From: Botryllus schlosseri
Lineage: Eukaryota
DNA length: 64,000 nucleotides
Assembly: GCA_051294905.1 (NCBI GenBank)
Contig: CM119371.1
Coordinates: forward strand, 38,380,001 to 38,444,000
Direction of reading: 5' to 3'
The position numbers were made by a program, and so were the translations under genes. Below, piece after piece: positions 25,975 to 39,027 of this stretch. Each line of letters begins with the position of its first letter. Within the stretch, counting starts at the first letter, position 1. The notes below the pieces were generated by a model, which made no database searches, was not told the origin of the DNA, and worked only from the letters and a program-made list of their open reading frames with translations.

Positions 25975-26693
25975 TTACTACGAAGTCTTTGCTACCAGCA
26001 ACACGTAAGGATGTGCTTCCTGCGATTGATCAGAGTAACATAATTTACTAATATACGTGCCGATGTGACAGTCGGTATGTGGGTCGCACATCTCAACGCT
26101 TGCAACAAAGAATTCGTCAACACGTCCCAGCACGTCAAATTAGGAATTCGCAGGGTGATGACATGTCTGCTTCATCATCACTGTCCCTAGTTATCATGCG
26201 TGATTATGACCAAGTAACAGCATGTAATTCTGCCCTCGGACAGCACCTATTGAAACACCCAGAGTGTGCAAAACATTACAATATCAATCAGTTTTCCATA
26301 GTTGCTCGTGGTCGTTCTCTTTTTCATTTAAATGTCCTTGAATCAACGATTATAAAGCTGCAAAAGCCGACCCTCTGCCGCCAGAAGGAACATCTCTACA
26401 CGCTGGGAATCTTCCATTAGTGTTGTTTTGTCATTCGGCTGTTTTACAGCTGATTTTGTGTGTGCTGTACCGTAATCGTGCGCTGATTACTGCCGTTCGC
26501 GACTTGTGTATACTTGTCATTATTACGTCACAATGACAAAATTCTTCCTATATTTCGAACTTGTTAACCTCATTTACTGGCGTTCACTGCTGAAGAGAGC
26601 CAGTCGAAAAGCTTCCAGTGCATGGAATAAATTTAACAATATGAGCGTATTGTTTGCTGCAATATTGAAGTTCTGTACTTCGAAAAGCCTATT
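25975..26693 (+). repeat. Inverted copy of the PLE 3' end (GIY-YIG region + 3' UTR/pLTR + tail)
   Basis: Reverse complement of 24524-23842 with a few indels, plus an extra tail TGAAGTTCTGTACTTCGAAAAGCCTATT. Confidence 0.92.
26585..26620 (+). ncRNA. Minimal type-I hammerhead ribozyme in the PLE pLTR
   Basis: cactg-CTGAAGA-g(agccagt)c-GAAA-agct-TC-cagtg: full catalytic core, stem I cactg/cagtg, 1-bp stem II, palindromic stem III (AAGCTT). Predicted cleavage after C26615. Confidence 0.85.
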
Positions 26694-28323
26694 CAAATGC
26701 ATTTTCAAAAAAAATGTTCGTTTTTTCAAAGATTGCATCGTTATGCCATAATTGTGCAAAATTTCGAAAAATATGTAGTATGGGCCTATACGGACGATGT
26801 GCACCCAATATAGTCGACGTATACGACGTGGTTGGAAACCTCGAAATCGTCATTGGTACAACAGTTACTGCAAGTAGATACAGATAATTGGTACGGAATT
26901 GGTGTTCTGATGATGACCGCCGGCCGTAAAAATGCTGCATACCGATGTAGTCCTGGTTAGAGATATTTTTGTTGATTTTATGACGGAGGTCGGAGGGCAT
27001 TTTCGTCGAAGAAGCCGTATTTACCCTATATATATTTTCAATTGTCAATTTCAATCAACTTTGACGTCACAATTGAAGGTTCATGACGTCGTGGCTAGAA
27101 AGCAAAAACTGTTTTAAACAAGGTTCATGTTTTAGTCATTTTTGCGATAGCTCTGCACCATTTTGACGAATGAAATCTTCATAGGTACGGCATGAAATAG
27201 CTCCAGTCGCCACTGCTTTGAAAGTGACCACTACCGATTCTATGAGCATGCGTCCACTCGGATAAAACCTACCTTTTGAAAATACGTCTTCGAGCACTTT
27301 TCAGGACATTCATTCGTTACTTCCTCTTGAAGTACATTTGCGGCGATGGAGCCACATGCAAAAGTACCGCGTGCGAAAATGTTGTTTTGCATGACGTCGC
27401 ATTCTGAAATGTCGGGCGATCTCATGTTGACACATTTTTCCTACGGTACAAATATCATTCTTTAATTTCCGAACGTTATAAATAAAAAATGTTACATTTT
27501 TCAATGACAGTTCTTTCGTGGTCATGCGTGTTGGTCCGGACATGCATCTGCTGCGAAAATAACACACTTGTCACATGCATGCATGTTCTTGGTGTCAATA
27601 GATTATTATTATCAAGCTACTTTTCGCGTAAGGTACACTTTTTCGGTTGTAATGACACCGAGCGCATTGATGCTATTTTAGCAGATATTTTCACGAATTT
27701 CGGGTTTGTGTGAACGGCGTGGAACACTCTCTAATTACCGTTTCAGTTTATGCCAATAAACATTCCCATTTTGACTTAGACAACAGATTTATCGAGAGTC
27801 AGCTCACAGGCGCACGTTCTCATAACAAACGGACGCATTTCGTGACCATCTTGACGCATAATTACACGATCATACAACCGTTTACTTCTCAAATCTATCT
27901 CAAGTCACATCATGTAGCAGTCTATATTGCATATACACTGTCGTGGTGCTGTCGATTTTTAGATGTAACCGTCGTATCTGTGTATAATGTATACAGAAAG
28001 ATTTTGTTTTGAGATATTAAATTTAGGGCAAGATTTACCCGAAATGTGCAAATATGAATCAACATTGAACACTTGCTCTCGATGGCACGGTTTCGTTTTC
28101 AAATTGTCATGACTTCTGTTATATAAGCGTTGCATCTGAAGCATATGCGTTTAAAAAAGAAATGTTCAGAATCCAAAACGTTTTGCTTCAATGAAGTTAT
28201 CGACAACAACCACAACAGACATGCCACAAATCTTATTTGACTTTCAAAGTAGGTGTAACGAAGCACATCTATACTTTATAGCGTATACAGGTAAGCTTTA
28301 CCAAACCGCAATACTTGATAAGT

Positions 28324-29717
28324 CAGTGGTTCTTAGCCGGGGGTCCGCGAATCATTTGCAGAGAGTCCGCGAAACCTCCAAATTTACGAACTGACTGATA
28401 AGCTAATGTTTATTTTGTTTTAAATTACAGAAATCACGACGCACTTTCGATTCATAATTGCGAAAACTTCAGGACTCACTTAAACAGAATGGCCTTCTGA
28501 AATGAAATACTCCACTGTGTAAACTCAATAGTCAACAGCCCACTTATACTAACATATTGCTGTTTAGCGATGTTTTGTTGGGGTTTTGGAAAAGGAATTG
28601 TTGGCAGAGATACATTTTCTTCTTCGATATACATGACCGCTATTCAAGAATAACTTCAAGATGAGCTGCTATATGGTAATTACCAGGCTGGATGCTATAT
28701 TGGTCCCTGTATGTTGCGAATTGCGATCTTAGCCAAAAGTGTCGTCGAAAGCGTTACGAGTTATTATGACATTCGCCGCCACCAATACTTGTGGAAATGG
28801 ATATCTGGCACTAGTTCTTATCAAATCAACGGCGCGGATTTTCAAGACACGGCACCGTATTTCAAGAAATGCAGCTACAGAATTCGTTATGGAATCATGA
28901 AAGTCATCCCAGTTTCTATTAATTAGTATGATGTTATTTTCAAGAAAAGTAATTTTGCTGTTTTTTATCACTAGCCTGCAGTTAATATTTGCACAAGATA
29001 GATGTCGGTTGCATGATAAAAGGGGTAAATTTGAACTAAGACTTGTGGTACGCGGGGGTCCCTGGCAGTACACAGAGGGTCCTCGAAGACAATAAGGTTG
29101 AGAACCATTGGTCTACTGATAGAAACATATTGCTGTTTAGAGATGTTTTGTTGGGGTTTTGAAAACAAATTATTTTCAAAAATCTATTTTCTCCAGTCAC
29201 ATATATACATCACCACTATTTCAGAATAGCTTCAAGGATAGCGGTGCTAGATATAAATGACTATAATGGTCGTTATACTGCAATAAAAAAATTATTTCGC
29301 AATTTTGGTGCGTGCATATATGTTGCGTTTCGATCATACCCAAATGTGTCGTCGGAAGCATTAAACGCGTTACTATTACATTCGCCTCGGCCTATATTTG
29401 CGAAAAAGTATTTTCCGCACTCGCTCATCTCAAATCGACGGAGCATATTTTGAAGGCACGACTGCGTATTTCAGGAAATGCAACTACAGAACTCGCTTTG
29501 AAATAAATAAAAAAAAATTAAAAAGTTTTTCAAACTTTTACATTAATAGTATGGCGTTATTTTCAAGAAAAACCCTTTTGTTGCTGTTTATCACTAGCCT
29601 ACGGTTACACAAGGCAGATGACGGTGGCAAGATAATTTAGTGAAATTTGAATGAAGACTGGAGGGTCCGTGACGGTCCAAAGGAGGTCTGCGAAAACAAA
29701 AAGGTTGAGAGCCATTG
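28324..29717 (+). mobile_element. Buster-type hAT derivative with tandemly duplicated 3' half
   Basis: CAGTGGTTCT start; two 3' ends (GGTTGAGAACCATTG at 29110, GGTTGAGAGCCATTG at 29717); relic FASAYICEKVFSALAHLKS. Confidence 0.75.
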
Positions 29718-30051
29718 TACTAAGTCGTCATGTTTTTAGGCTACTTCCCGTTTCATATGTGCAGTTATTACCAATTTTGATGGAAGTTTACCTCACTCTT
29801 TCAAGTGAAGTTGTCATATAATTCGCCATAAGAAGCCCCTACACCACGGTAACTGAATATATATTGAAAGATTCAACCTATTTGTATTGTCACTAGTCGT
29901 TTTGCATTGAATCATGCAATTTCAAAGGTAACCAACTCCAAAAAAACTGCTAAGAGCATGCGACCCCTCGACCAAAGTTAATTTTCGGAACGACATATTT
30001 CAATACTTTGTCAAATCTTTCATTTTGTACTTCCTGCTGAAGCAGTTTTAA

Positions 30052-30940
30052 GGGGACTAGCAACCCCCCCCAAAATCAACATTTTCGATTTTGTTGTCTG
30101 CTAGGAAATATTAACATTGTATCTCTGCTGTTAGCTCATGGCCTTATTTCACCCAAACAATAACCCAGAACTGTTTGCTCAATTTCAATTTTATTTTTAT
30201 TTTATAACGAGTGGGGTGGGTGGGTTAAGATCCAACCAAAAGATCGATAACTCTATATAATATATGATATCTATCTATATTTTCTCCGAGTACAAGTTTG
30301 TTAGATTGTTGTCAGTTGCCACTCCAGCATTCTGGCACTCATTCTTATCATTACATCGGTAACACTTGCTCATTGTCTTTTTACGTTTCAAATGTTTGAT
30401 AGCCGTTTTCTCAATCGTGAAATTTTGTTATCACGGCAAACCAAAAACTCGTTTGAAATATATGTCGGAAATGTGTCACTCAGGATTTTTTTTGAAAAGC
30501 TGAGATTCAGTCCTGTGCTATGCTAAAAGTTTTTAGTCATAGATCTACCATGTCATGAGGTACAGAACGTCACAGTAAACTTACAGCAAATTTATGACAA
30601 CAATCAGAATTTTTCGGAATTTTTAAATTTCGAAGTAAAATTTCTGCGAGATGGGTTGCACATAATCCTTGAATTTTAGCATAGAACAGCACTGTCCTAG
30701 TACTTCTTAACTAAGGCGTTAGTTCGGAAAGTGGCTTCACTTCACAATATCGAGATTTTGCATTCCCCGTGTCGGTGCATTTTCTGTCATTGAAATCCTA
30801 AAAAATCCAGAACCTGTGGGGTAGCCTGAATTTTTGTAGTTGTTGTTGTTGATAGCATAGTGACATCTAGTGACTGTGAAAATTTCATGATGATGTGGGT
30901 AGCCATCCGAAATTTAGGTTTTTGGGCTGCTATAGCCCCC
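30052..30940. mobile_element. Non-autonomous TTAA-targeting DNA transposon (Kolobok-like)
   Basis: TTAA on both sides; imperfect TIR GGGGACTAGCAACCC / GGGCTGCTATAGCCCCC. Confidence 0.7.
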
Positions 30941-33900
30941 TTAAAACGTCTTCGGCATGACTACGTCTACTTGGAACTGAGTAAAAATTCTCCGCTACCA
31001 TCTTCCACTTGAGTATTAATGCTTACTACGTTGTAAGCGTCACTAGCCTCAATAATTTCTACCTTCGCCTTCGAAAATGTCAACGAATGTTGTGGCGCGT
31101 AGTGTTATTCTTGACCTATCAGTCTGAAATTATTACGAGATACTTGGTTATTCCAGATGCATTTAATGTCGGAAATCCCACGCTTTGATCAACGCTAATT
31201 GCCTGGTTTCTCTGTAACATGTTTAGGATTAGGTGTCTTAATTTTAAAGCATTACTACAGACGTGTAATGAGCCGCCTGGTGTATGTTGTTTTCAGAGAA
31301 TGCAATGTTCCGCGAGCCATGAGAAAGTCGCCATCTTCCGGAGATTGTCACGATAAGCTTCCCAGTCATGCCTTGATGTTTTCGTTGCGCCCTCTTTGTC
31401 TACACCACGATCGACGCGATATGCGACTGTATATTGTGTGTACACAATTTGCGGTTGTGTGAGATTCTGTGTTAGATCACGAGATAACGAAGTGATGTCG
31501 TCACGTTTTGGACGGTATTCCCAATTGCGGTTGCGTTGCAGGCGGCCTGGTTACGAAACAAGTCGGGCCGTTTTGTAGGTACGAGGTTACACAAAACGCT
31601 AGTTGTCATTTCAAGGTGAAGGTAGAAAAGACAGGGCAAAGTATATCATACCAAATGATTGAAATCTATTATCTTCGAAAACTGAAAATTCATCCCCGCA
31701 TATAACTTGTAAAATACTTCACGACACTAGAGTTAAGTAGTTCTCAATCGTTTCATCTTTGGAAACGGTAAAATCTAAAAATAACTTTCGTGGATAGGTG
31801 AAACATCAAATATCTAAATCAACTCGGAATCTAATTTCAACAAATGGGTTCGACTCAAAAGCCAATACCGGTATTGAAAACTTCAATTTAATGATGTATT
31901 TGCTGCTACCAGTTATAATGTGTGAATGAAAGGAGAAGTCCCATTAAAAATAACTTGCCAAGAAAATGTTCGGTTTCTCTTGACAGAACTGAGACTTCGC
32001 TGTTTGTTGACCTTATTAATTCTGTAAAATGTCGCCAAGTTATAATGTATTGATCAAATTATAATTAAAATCAATCAAATATGAGTATTCTCTAATTAAT
32101 GGAAAAACATCCGACCTCCTGCATTTAGCTAATGAGACATAAAATTGAAATAAATTCGGCGGACCGTCGGTTGAGAACCACTAATACAGTTGGCAGCTCA
32201 TGCGCGGACTTTTAAGCCTCAATGCAATAGTCATGAGTTTGGGTTCGTTGGCCATGCATCATATTCTCACATCGTTACTGATATCATTGATCTGGACTGA
32301 ACGGTGACTAATTTACAATAGTTCAAATTAGTCGTAATCGATTTCAATCCGAATTTTTTTAAATTTTACTAAAAAAAAGCAAGGTCGCTCCGTTATGTCT
32401 GCATCCTTTTGTGTGTGAATCATATGCATGGATATTTCAAATCTTTTCGTGGTAACGGATATCGACTAATGTGAAAGAGACACTTCCTATCGGTTGGCAT
32501 CGTTGGTTAAATATACAGAATAGTTTTTTTGAAAGGGCACAGATAACCCAGGACTAGTATTATGTGAGCTCGACTTTACTCCATATGGGCTATTATACGA
32601 ACAGTGCATCTTGGTGTTATTTTGTTGTTATTTTTCAAGGGCTTCAGATTTATATCATTCAAACTGTATATAAATGCATGTCAGAGTACTCTTAATTTTA
32701 GAAAGTCTACCCCAGTAAATCCTAAACTCTAAATTCAATAGCAACGTGTCTCATCACCTCGAAATTATATGTGAACGCTCATTCCACGCGAAAGTCTCCA
32801 CCTATCAAATACATATTGAAATTGCGTTATTACCAAGAAACAGTCACAATTTCCCAGCAGTAGGAAACCAAGATGGCGCCAAGTTTGTACGAAGATAATC
32901 AGATTCAAGTATCCAAAACTCGTTATCATCAACACACGGGCTCGATAAATGTAACAGAATTGGAAGGAGAATATCCGACTCGAGACTCTAAACCTAACAC
33001 AATAAAGACAAAGCACTCGAATAAAATGTGTGACTCAAAGGGTATGTTAAGAGAGATGGATTGTTCTAGATTAACGCATTGCGAGGATGTCGCTGATTAT
33101 TTTGATTTGTTGAAGAAGGGCGTGAGATGCGTGATATGTTTCAACTTGGAACATCGCGGAGTGTTTTCTTTCAATATAAACTCTCAAACTATTAGTTCAA
33201 GTAGGTGCTTCATAGTAGCGTTAAATAATAATGTGACAGATGATATATCGACAGAATATGTGTTTACAAACTGAATCATCAACAGCGTTTATGAATTACC
33301 GTATAATTCTGTACACGTTTGATTAACAGTAGTGGTAGCGTTTGTTTGTATATAACATTTTGATGCATCATGAAATTATTGTATTTATTCTGTTTCATTC
33401 GTTTACAAATTCTTGAGAACAGCCTAGAATAAAAAATATTTTTGGTAACATCAAGCATGTTGCTATCGCCTTTGTCTTGCTGCTGGAAAATGTCCCGAAA
33501 TGCGTTGTTTAACGCGTGTGGGCTATTGCTTTCAAGACTCGCCAACGGACCTTTCCCCATCACTTCAATTCATCCTGGCAGCTACACTTAAACATCGTTA
33601 CCTATTAATAAGTGGAATTGTACTTAGATATGATATTCTGAAAAATAACTGTAAATATGAAGGATTTTTATTTCAACAAAGACTATAAGTTGCTGTTTTA
33701 TTTAAACATGGCGTCAAAGGACAAGCTGGAAACGATTTTTTGAAGCACCCATTAAGATCAGGCCGAAAATACACGCAAATTTATACGGTAAATTGGGCTT
33801 AAAAGTACGACCAAATCTTGACCTTGTCGTGAAATCGTGAAGAGAATTGTGATGTGGTATTCTTATTGCTTATATATCTCCAGAAACAAAACGGTAAAAC

Positions 33901-35769
33901 AAAAGTTAAGAAAATTCATAATATGGTAGTTATTTCAGAATATTGTTTACCTTCACTGCAAATCATGTGTGCCCTGTGTATGAGGGTTTCAGCAGTTTAA
34001 TTTTCCGTTTCGAGGGGCAAAATGAATCAAAGAAAACTATTGGTCACTAAATACAGCCTTGCGATCCACAGACGCGACGCATAGAATTCAACAATATAGG
34101 CTATTGAAAAACTGCAGAGTATACAAGCACGACCCATATATGTCTGGTTTAAATAACTAAAAAAGAAACCATCCTTAAGTCACCGAGTTTACAATCCAGG
34201 AATAACATTAGAGACTACGTCAATTAGCGTACGAAAATGTCACAAGTTTTGAAGTGTTGGTACTTGTGCGTTGAATGATTGACAGCTTTTCAGATTTAGC
34301 AGATATTTGCGCGTGATATGTGTAGCAATAGGTTCATCATTGAGGATTACGAGAGCACACGTATATCAAGCAGCGAGTGCGAAATAGAATCTGTGGTTCG
34401 ATTGAAGTCAACGATTATCCCCACAAAAAAACATACGCAGAGATTATCAGGCGAATAAAATTCAATGGTAATTTATTCCAGGAATTAGTTGAGCTACTGT
34501 TATATGTTGCCATGCCTTTTGCGTTGGGTCCCAGAATACCGCCAGGTTTAATGACCTAGACCTTATAATGTTTCAAATATCCAACTCAATATCAGAGCTA
34601 CGGTGGCTATAAGAAAGAGCGCCAAGCCTTTCTGAAATCTGAGCATACGCCCATGCAACGCCTCTATCATGCTACCATTTGTGCTGTCAGTAGGTGAAGT
34701 GAAGAGTTCGAGGTGGCGTTGGGGCGAGTCCGCTTTGACTCGGTATACAGGCAAAGTGTGTAAGTTTATTTCTCGAACAGTGTAATTTCATAAAATGCCA
34801 CATATTATATATGTTATATGTGTCATTACGTCATATGATATTCGGAATGTTCGATTAGTTCATATGTTGGTAATATTCCTTAACAGATAACGCTAGTTTT
34901 GCCGCTGGTGACTAATAAAATGTCTAGGGCCAGCACTGTTAATATAATCTGACAATAATTGATATTGATCTGGGCCTGAACAAAATTCTGCACACTGAGT
35001 TCTCTACAGTTGTATTGCTGAGTTCCAAATATTTCTCAAGAACCCATATAATACCGAGTTGGAATGCGGATCCCTTAATACTTACTAGCACAAAGTGACG
35101 TTGGATCTTGTAGAATTTTACCAATCAGTTGTTATGAAACCTATGAAAAGAGATCACACTAATGCGATATCGTTATGAGTGAGATCTTAAGAACCACAGT
35201 AACATTACCATGATCAATTGCTACTACTACGAACATCTTAACCAGGCAGGGCCGCGGAAAAAAAAGACAAAAGCGCTTTCCAATTCAGAACCTGGAATTT
35301 GTGACTCCAACGTCATTGTTGCGATTTTAGATAACTAGCCTGCTTCTTCCATCCAGTATTGTATACATTTAGAGAGGGTTTGGAATTAGCAATATTTTCT
35401 CCGAAAACCATCTATAAATCATGTAAATGTTGACACGCCAGAAGTCTTCGTGGAGTCGCACAATCTCGAACAATAGCATTGAAGTCTACGCACCGATAAT
35501 ATTATCTGACCATGCAACTGATGCGCCCGTCGCAATTTGTATTCTGGAAACGCTAGGTGTCGCGCGGTAGTAAAGAAAATCGATGATTTCGGCACGCAAT
35601 CTGCACGGACTGTCGTATTGGGAAAATCTAGTAAGCCTACTTGTGTCATTCGGTTGTGAATCACTCAATAAACTTCGAGTATTCGATTATAACTCATTCT
35701 GACTGCATAAGAATATTGATAACGTCGATAGCTTAAATATGTACTTTTTTTTACCACAAATTGAATAAT

Positions 35770-36088
35770 GACGGTTCTCCGTTCTCAGTATGTCTCCGGC
35801 TATCCGACAGTCGTCGAGCATGTCCACATTCCAGTCGGAATACAAACCATTTCTACTGCATTAATACTAGTCAGCCCTCTAGTTTACTGAGCCACGACTT
35901 GACATATCGCTCACGCCTTCCGACACCGTGCATGCCTCCTTCGAACATCGCCTAGGCCATGTGGGTTTCTGAGTTCAAAGACTATATTCCAAGTCGTTTC
36001 GACACCTTTTATCTTTCATTGTATCGCAGTGTTGTGGGGTTTTGAAATGGTGAAATTGTTAGCAATAAATTGAATTTAATTGAATTGT
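35770..36088 (+). mobile_element. Shorter 3' fragment of the same LINE (further UTR remnants at about 1316-1470 and 63670-63825)
   Basis: Shares cagccct.tagtttac...ccacgacttgacatatcg and ccaagtcgtttcgacacctt with 40090-40360. Confidence 0.7.
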
Positions 36089-36130
36089 CTACCACATATT
36101 TAAGACAGAATTAGTAGTTTCTGACCATAG

Positions 36131-36429
36131 AAGTGGTTCTCAACCTTTTATTAGACACGCCCCCTTTATGATAGCGAAAAATTTTGCGCCTCCCTTATCG
36201 TCATATCACAAAATCTAACCGGGATACTAGCAACCTCAACAGATTTTTTGATGGCATGGAAGGTTATGATGTTCATGAGAGAATAACAAAATATGAAATT
36301 AGGTCTATATATAGAAAAACATGCGTGGAACGGAGGTAAATCGCGCAGAACGCGAACGTTTTTTCAATTGCCCGCTTCTTCGCCCCCCCCCATCCAAGGG
36401 GGGCGCGCCCTCCAGGTTGGGAACCACTG
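36131..36429. mobile_element. hAT MITE
   Basis: AGTGGTTCTCAACC...GGTTGGGAACCACTG; TSD GACCATAG/GAATATAG. Confidence 0.75.
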
Positions 36430-37430
36430 GAATATAGAACCCGGGCTATCTATTTCATTGCTGTTTGTGACAAAGCTCTGGTTTGACGAGGAAAGTGCGT
36501 TAATCTCATTTCCACCGACGCGAGTATAGGTTATCACTCTAAGCGGCAAAAGGCGTATATTTCAGTACTCGTGAAGATCGTCTCCCACTATTCGACTCGA
36601 ATCAGTGCAATGAATACTCCATTAGGAATCGACTATTCAAATCACTGTGCTCAGTCCTAGCAGTGTCGAGACTTACATTCCAAATATGCAATTAATCAAA
36701 ATTTCGCCATTTCCGGACTCTCCATTCGTCGCATCAAGTAACTAAAGCTGTTTGACTAGAACGTTTGGTCGTGGAGGCTGGTAGAGTCGTGCCTGGGTGA
36801 TAGAACTCATATTTGTTCTGTCGAACAAGAATCAAAGTTTATCATTTACGCGGAATTTAAACCTAGCCCTGGCATTTCAAATCTGCTATTCTTTTTCACT
36901 GAGACTCGGTAGGAAATCATATTTTTCGCGTACACTGAATAGTTATATTTTTCAATAAATATCGACTCAAAGAAGTACATTTGTAATAAATACAATTCAC
37001 TGAAGAAATAGATACTACAAAGTTATTTAGGAACGACAATCATGCCCACTGGTTTAAAGCGAGGCTAAAGTTTATAAATATGAAATAAAAGTGCTCACGC
37101 GTCGCATAAATAAATAATGTATGAAAATATAACGACGAATTTCAAAGCTCCATCCGTTCATTCGTTTAAAACCTCTCCTTCTTACGATTTTCGCAGCATC
37201 AACCAAATAGATCCGACTGTAGCTCGGTATAGGATAAATAGAACATGCTTCGCACAATGTACAGACGTTCGATGTATACTGATTGATGGCGCGATCAAGT
37301 CATACTTGAGGCGTTGGTACTAAACGCAGCGCGCATGCGTCATTTCGGACTTGGAATTGTTCCGCTTCGTCCTCACATGCTGTCGCTCAGACAGAGCTGG
37401 CAGACCCGGGGGGCCGTAAACTCAGCCGGA

Positions 37431-37767
37431 TTATTTCGCGCGCATCAAAATATTGGAGCAATATTCCGGCGTCAAGTCTTGCCGTTCGAAGTAATGAGTC
37501 GTTGGGTTTCCTCGCTCGTCCACGCACCAGCACCGTCCGATTTCGTCGTTGTATGAGGTTTTACACTGAAAAGGAAATTCGATGTCAAAATAATGTTCGG
37601 ATGCGAAAGGAGTCCACATGAAACAAGAACAAGAAACTGATGCCAGAAATAATTTTACCAACCTGATATGGATAGTACATGTGGTTCTCGTTACATTGCG
37701 GCAACCAATCGTGAATTTTGAATCGTTTCTGTCTGTTGACTTTTTTCTGGTGTCTTGTACACGGTTT
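37431..37767 (-). CDS. IGFBP: IGFBP last two coding exons (37767-37663, 37565-37431): thyroglobulin type-1 domain
   Basis: PQC...YYPYQ|C...CWCVD motifs; TTTCAG acceptors, GTTGGT donor, TAA stop at 37431-37433. Confidence 0.9.
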
Positions 37768-39027
37768 CTGAAACGAAGCGGTCTGATTACCATCAAAGTC
37801 GAAATTCATGTACGGAGTTTGTCATATGAGCGGAAAAAAAACTAAGGAGTATGATGGGAAAGGCTCAATGTTTCATCCTGAATTGACATCGGTTTCGAAA
37901 TTGACATCATAGACATCGATTCGAGTAAATTGTTTCTATTTCGTCAAATAGCCAATTTGAATTTCACGGTCTCACTTGGTTTATGCGTTGAATCGACGTA
38001 TAAAAAAGATGCCACATATTAATACTTACGCGCTTGTTGGGATATGGCGACTCTGGAGGCACGTCAGTCGGGTACGAGACTACTGGCTCTCTGAAATCAA
38101 ATATAATCGTTTAGATGGAGCTGATATCAAAATTGACTTTAAGTCGAAACGAAGTTTCAAAGTCTCAGTTTAAAAACGATACTTACAAATCTGGGACGAC
38201 AGGATCTTCGGGTTCGTTGTCCTCTTCGTAATCGCCAGTAGGCTCGTATCTGTGATAAGGCGGATCGTTAGCGTTTGAAAGACCTTGTTTGGCACATTTA
38301 AAGTATACTCACGTATAATAGTCGTTATTTGGTCCAGGGTAATTATTCGAGCCAGGGTAGTTTTCCGGGCCAGGGTAGTTACCGTAGTAATCGTCATCTG
38401 CAAAAGATTGCGACGTTAGCGATTAGTAAAGGAGTGATCATTTTATCTTGATAATGGAATATGATAAATAGTACTAATACGATTTTGAAGGAAATACAAC
38501 ATTTATCATCAATCAAGTTTTATAACGTTTCAGCGGAATGAATGTCAACAGTCACGTTATGAGTTTTAAATGATGTTTTCTGTACCATTGGTTAACAAAC
38601 AGATTCGTTGAAGATGGCACGTCAGTAACATTAGATTAGTACATTCTTTTCATGACCTAATAAGTGGCTTGTATTGATACCAACCTATTTCGGTGCAAAT
38701 CCATTTTCCGACAAGAAGTTGCGATATATCGAGGGCGCCGTCTTTGGTCACTGGATCCAACGATAACGGTGGCAGACACAGCAAATCGCTCTGGCAGGCG
38801 GGCCGTCCGGTCCCGCAATATTCCCCTTTTAAACCGGCGCATGTCTTGCAGCACCCGCAATTGGGTTCTTCCACCACGTGGCACGTCTCGTTCGCTTTGA
38901 TTTCGGGACATTTCGCCAGTTGGTTATCGGTGCACTCCGGGCATAAGGCGGGGAACGAAACGGTGTCGCTCACGAGGAACGAAAGCAGAATCATCGTCAC
39001 GGATTTCAGCGTCCAAGAGATCGACAT
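37431..39027 (-). CDS. IGFBP: Insulin-like growth factor-binding protein (IB N-domain + thyroglobulin type-1 C-domain), 6 coding exons, 263 aa
   Basis: Phase-consistent GT-AG exons 39027-38685, 38397-38313, 38249-38187, 38090-38030, 37767-37663, 37565-37431 (792 nt). Signal peptide (MSISWTLKSVTMILLSFLVS), 12-Cys IB domain with NCGCCKTCA...YCG...CQSDLLC, acidic Y/P linker, and 6-Cys C-domain KPC...WLPQCNENHMYYPYQC...RCWCVDERG...YC. Confidence 0.92.
38685..39027 (-). CDS. IGFBP: IGFBP coding exon 1: signal peptide + IB domain
   Basis: Matches ORF 38650..39027; 12 Cys, CGCCKTC motif, ends at phase-1 donor G|GTTGGT. Confidence 0.92.

Larger units (their letters stand above)
23841..26693 (-). mobile_element. 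Penelope-like retroelement, 5'-truncated, with inverted terminal arm and 13-bp TSD
   Basis: RT + GIY-YIG ORF on the minus strand; 23842-24524 is repeated inverted at 25975-26665; CAAATGCATTTTC flanks both sides (23828-23840, 26694-26706). Confidence 0.93.
26750..34745 (-). pseudogene. Possible decayed or divergent DEG/ENaC (ASIC-like) channel gene
   Basis: Fragments in the expected order: TM1-like segment (34740-34563), IYVCSRNP (about 34360), GPTCF..Q..LG (about 31570), DGDFLMARGT...RRLITRL (about 31340-31258), a clean 168-nt exon 27440-27273 ending ECPEKCSKTYFQK, and KMPS...NQDYI (about 27020-26943). No convincing GDIGG/GAS TM2. Confidence 0.38.
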
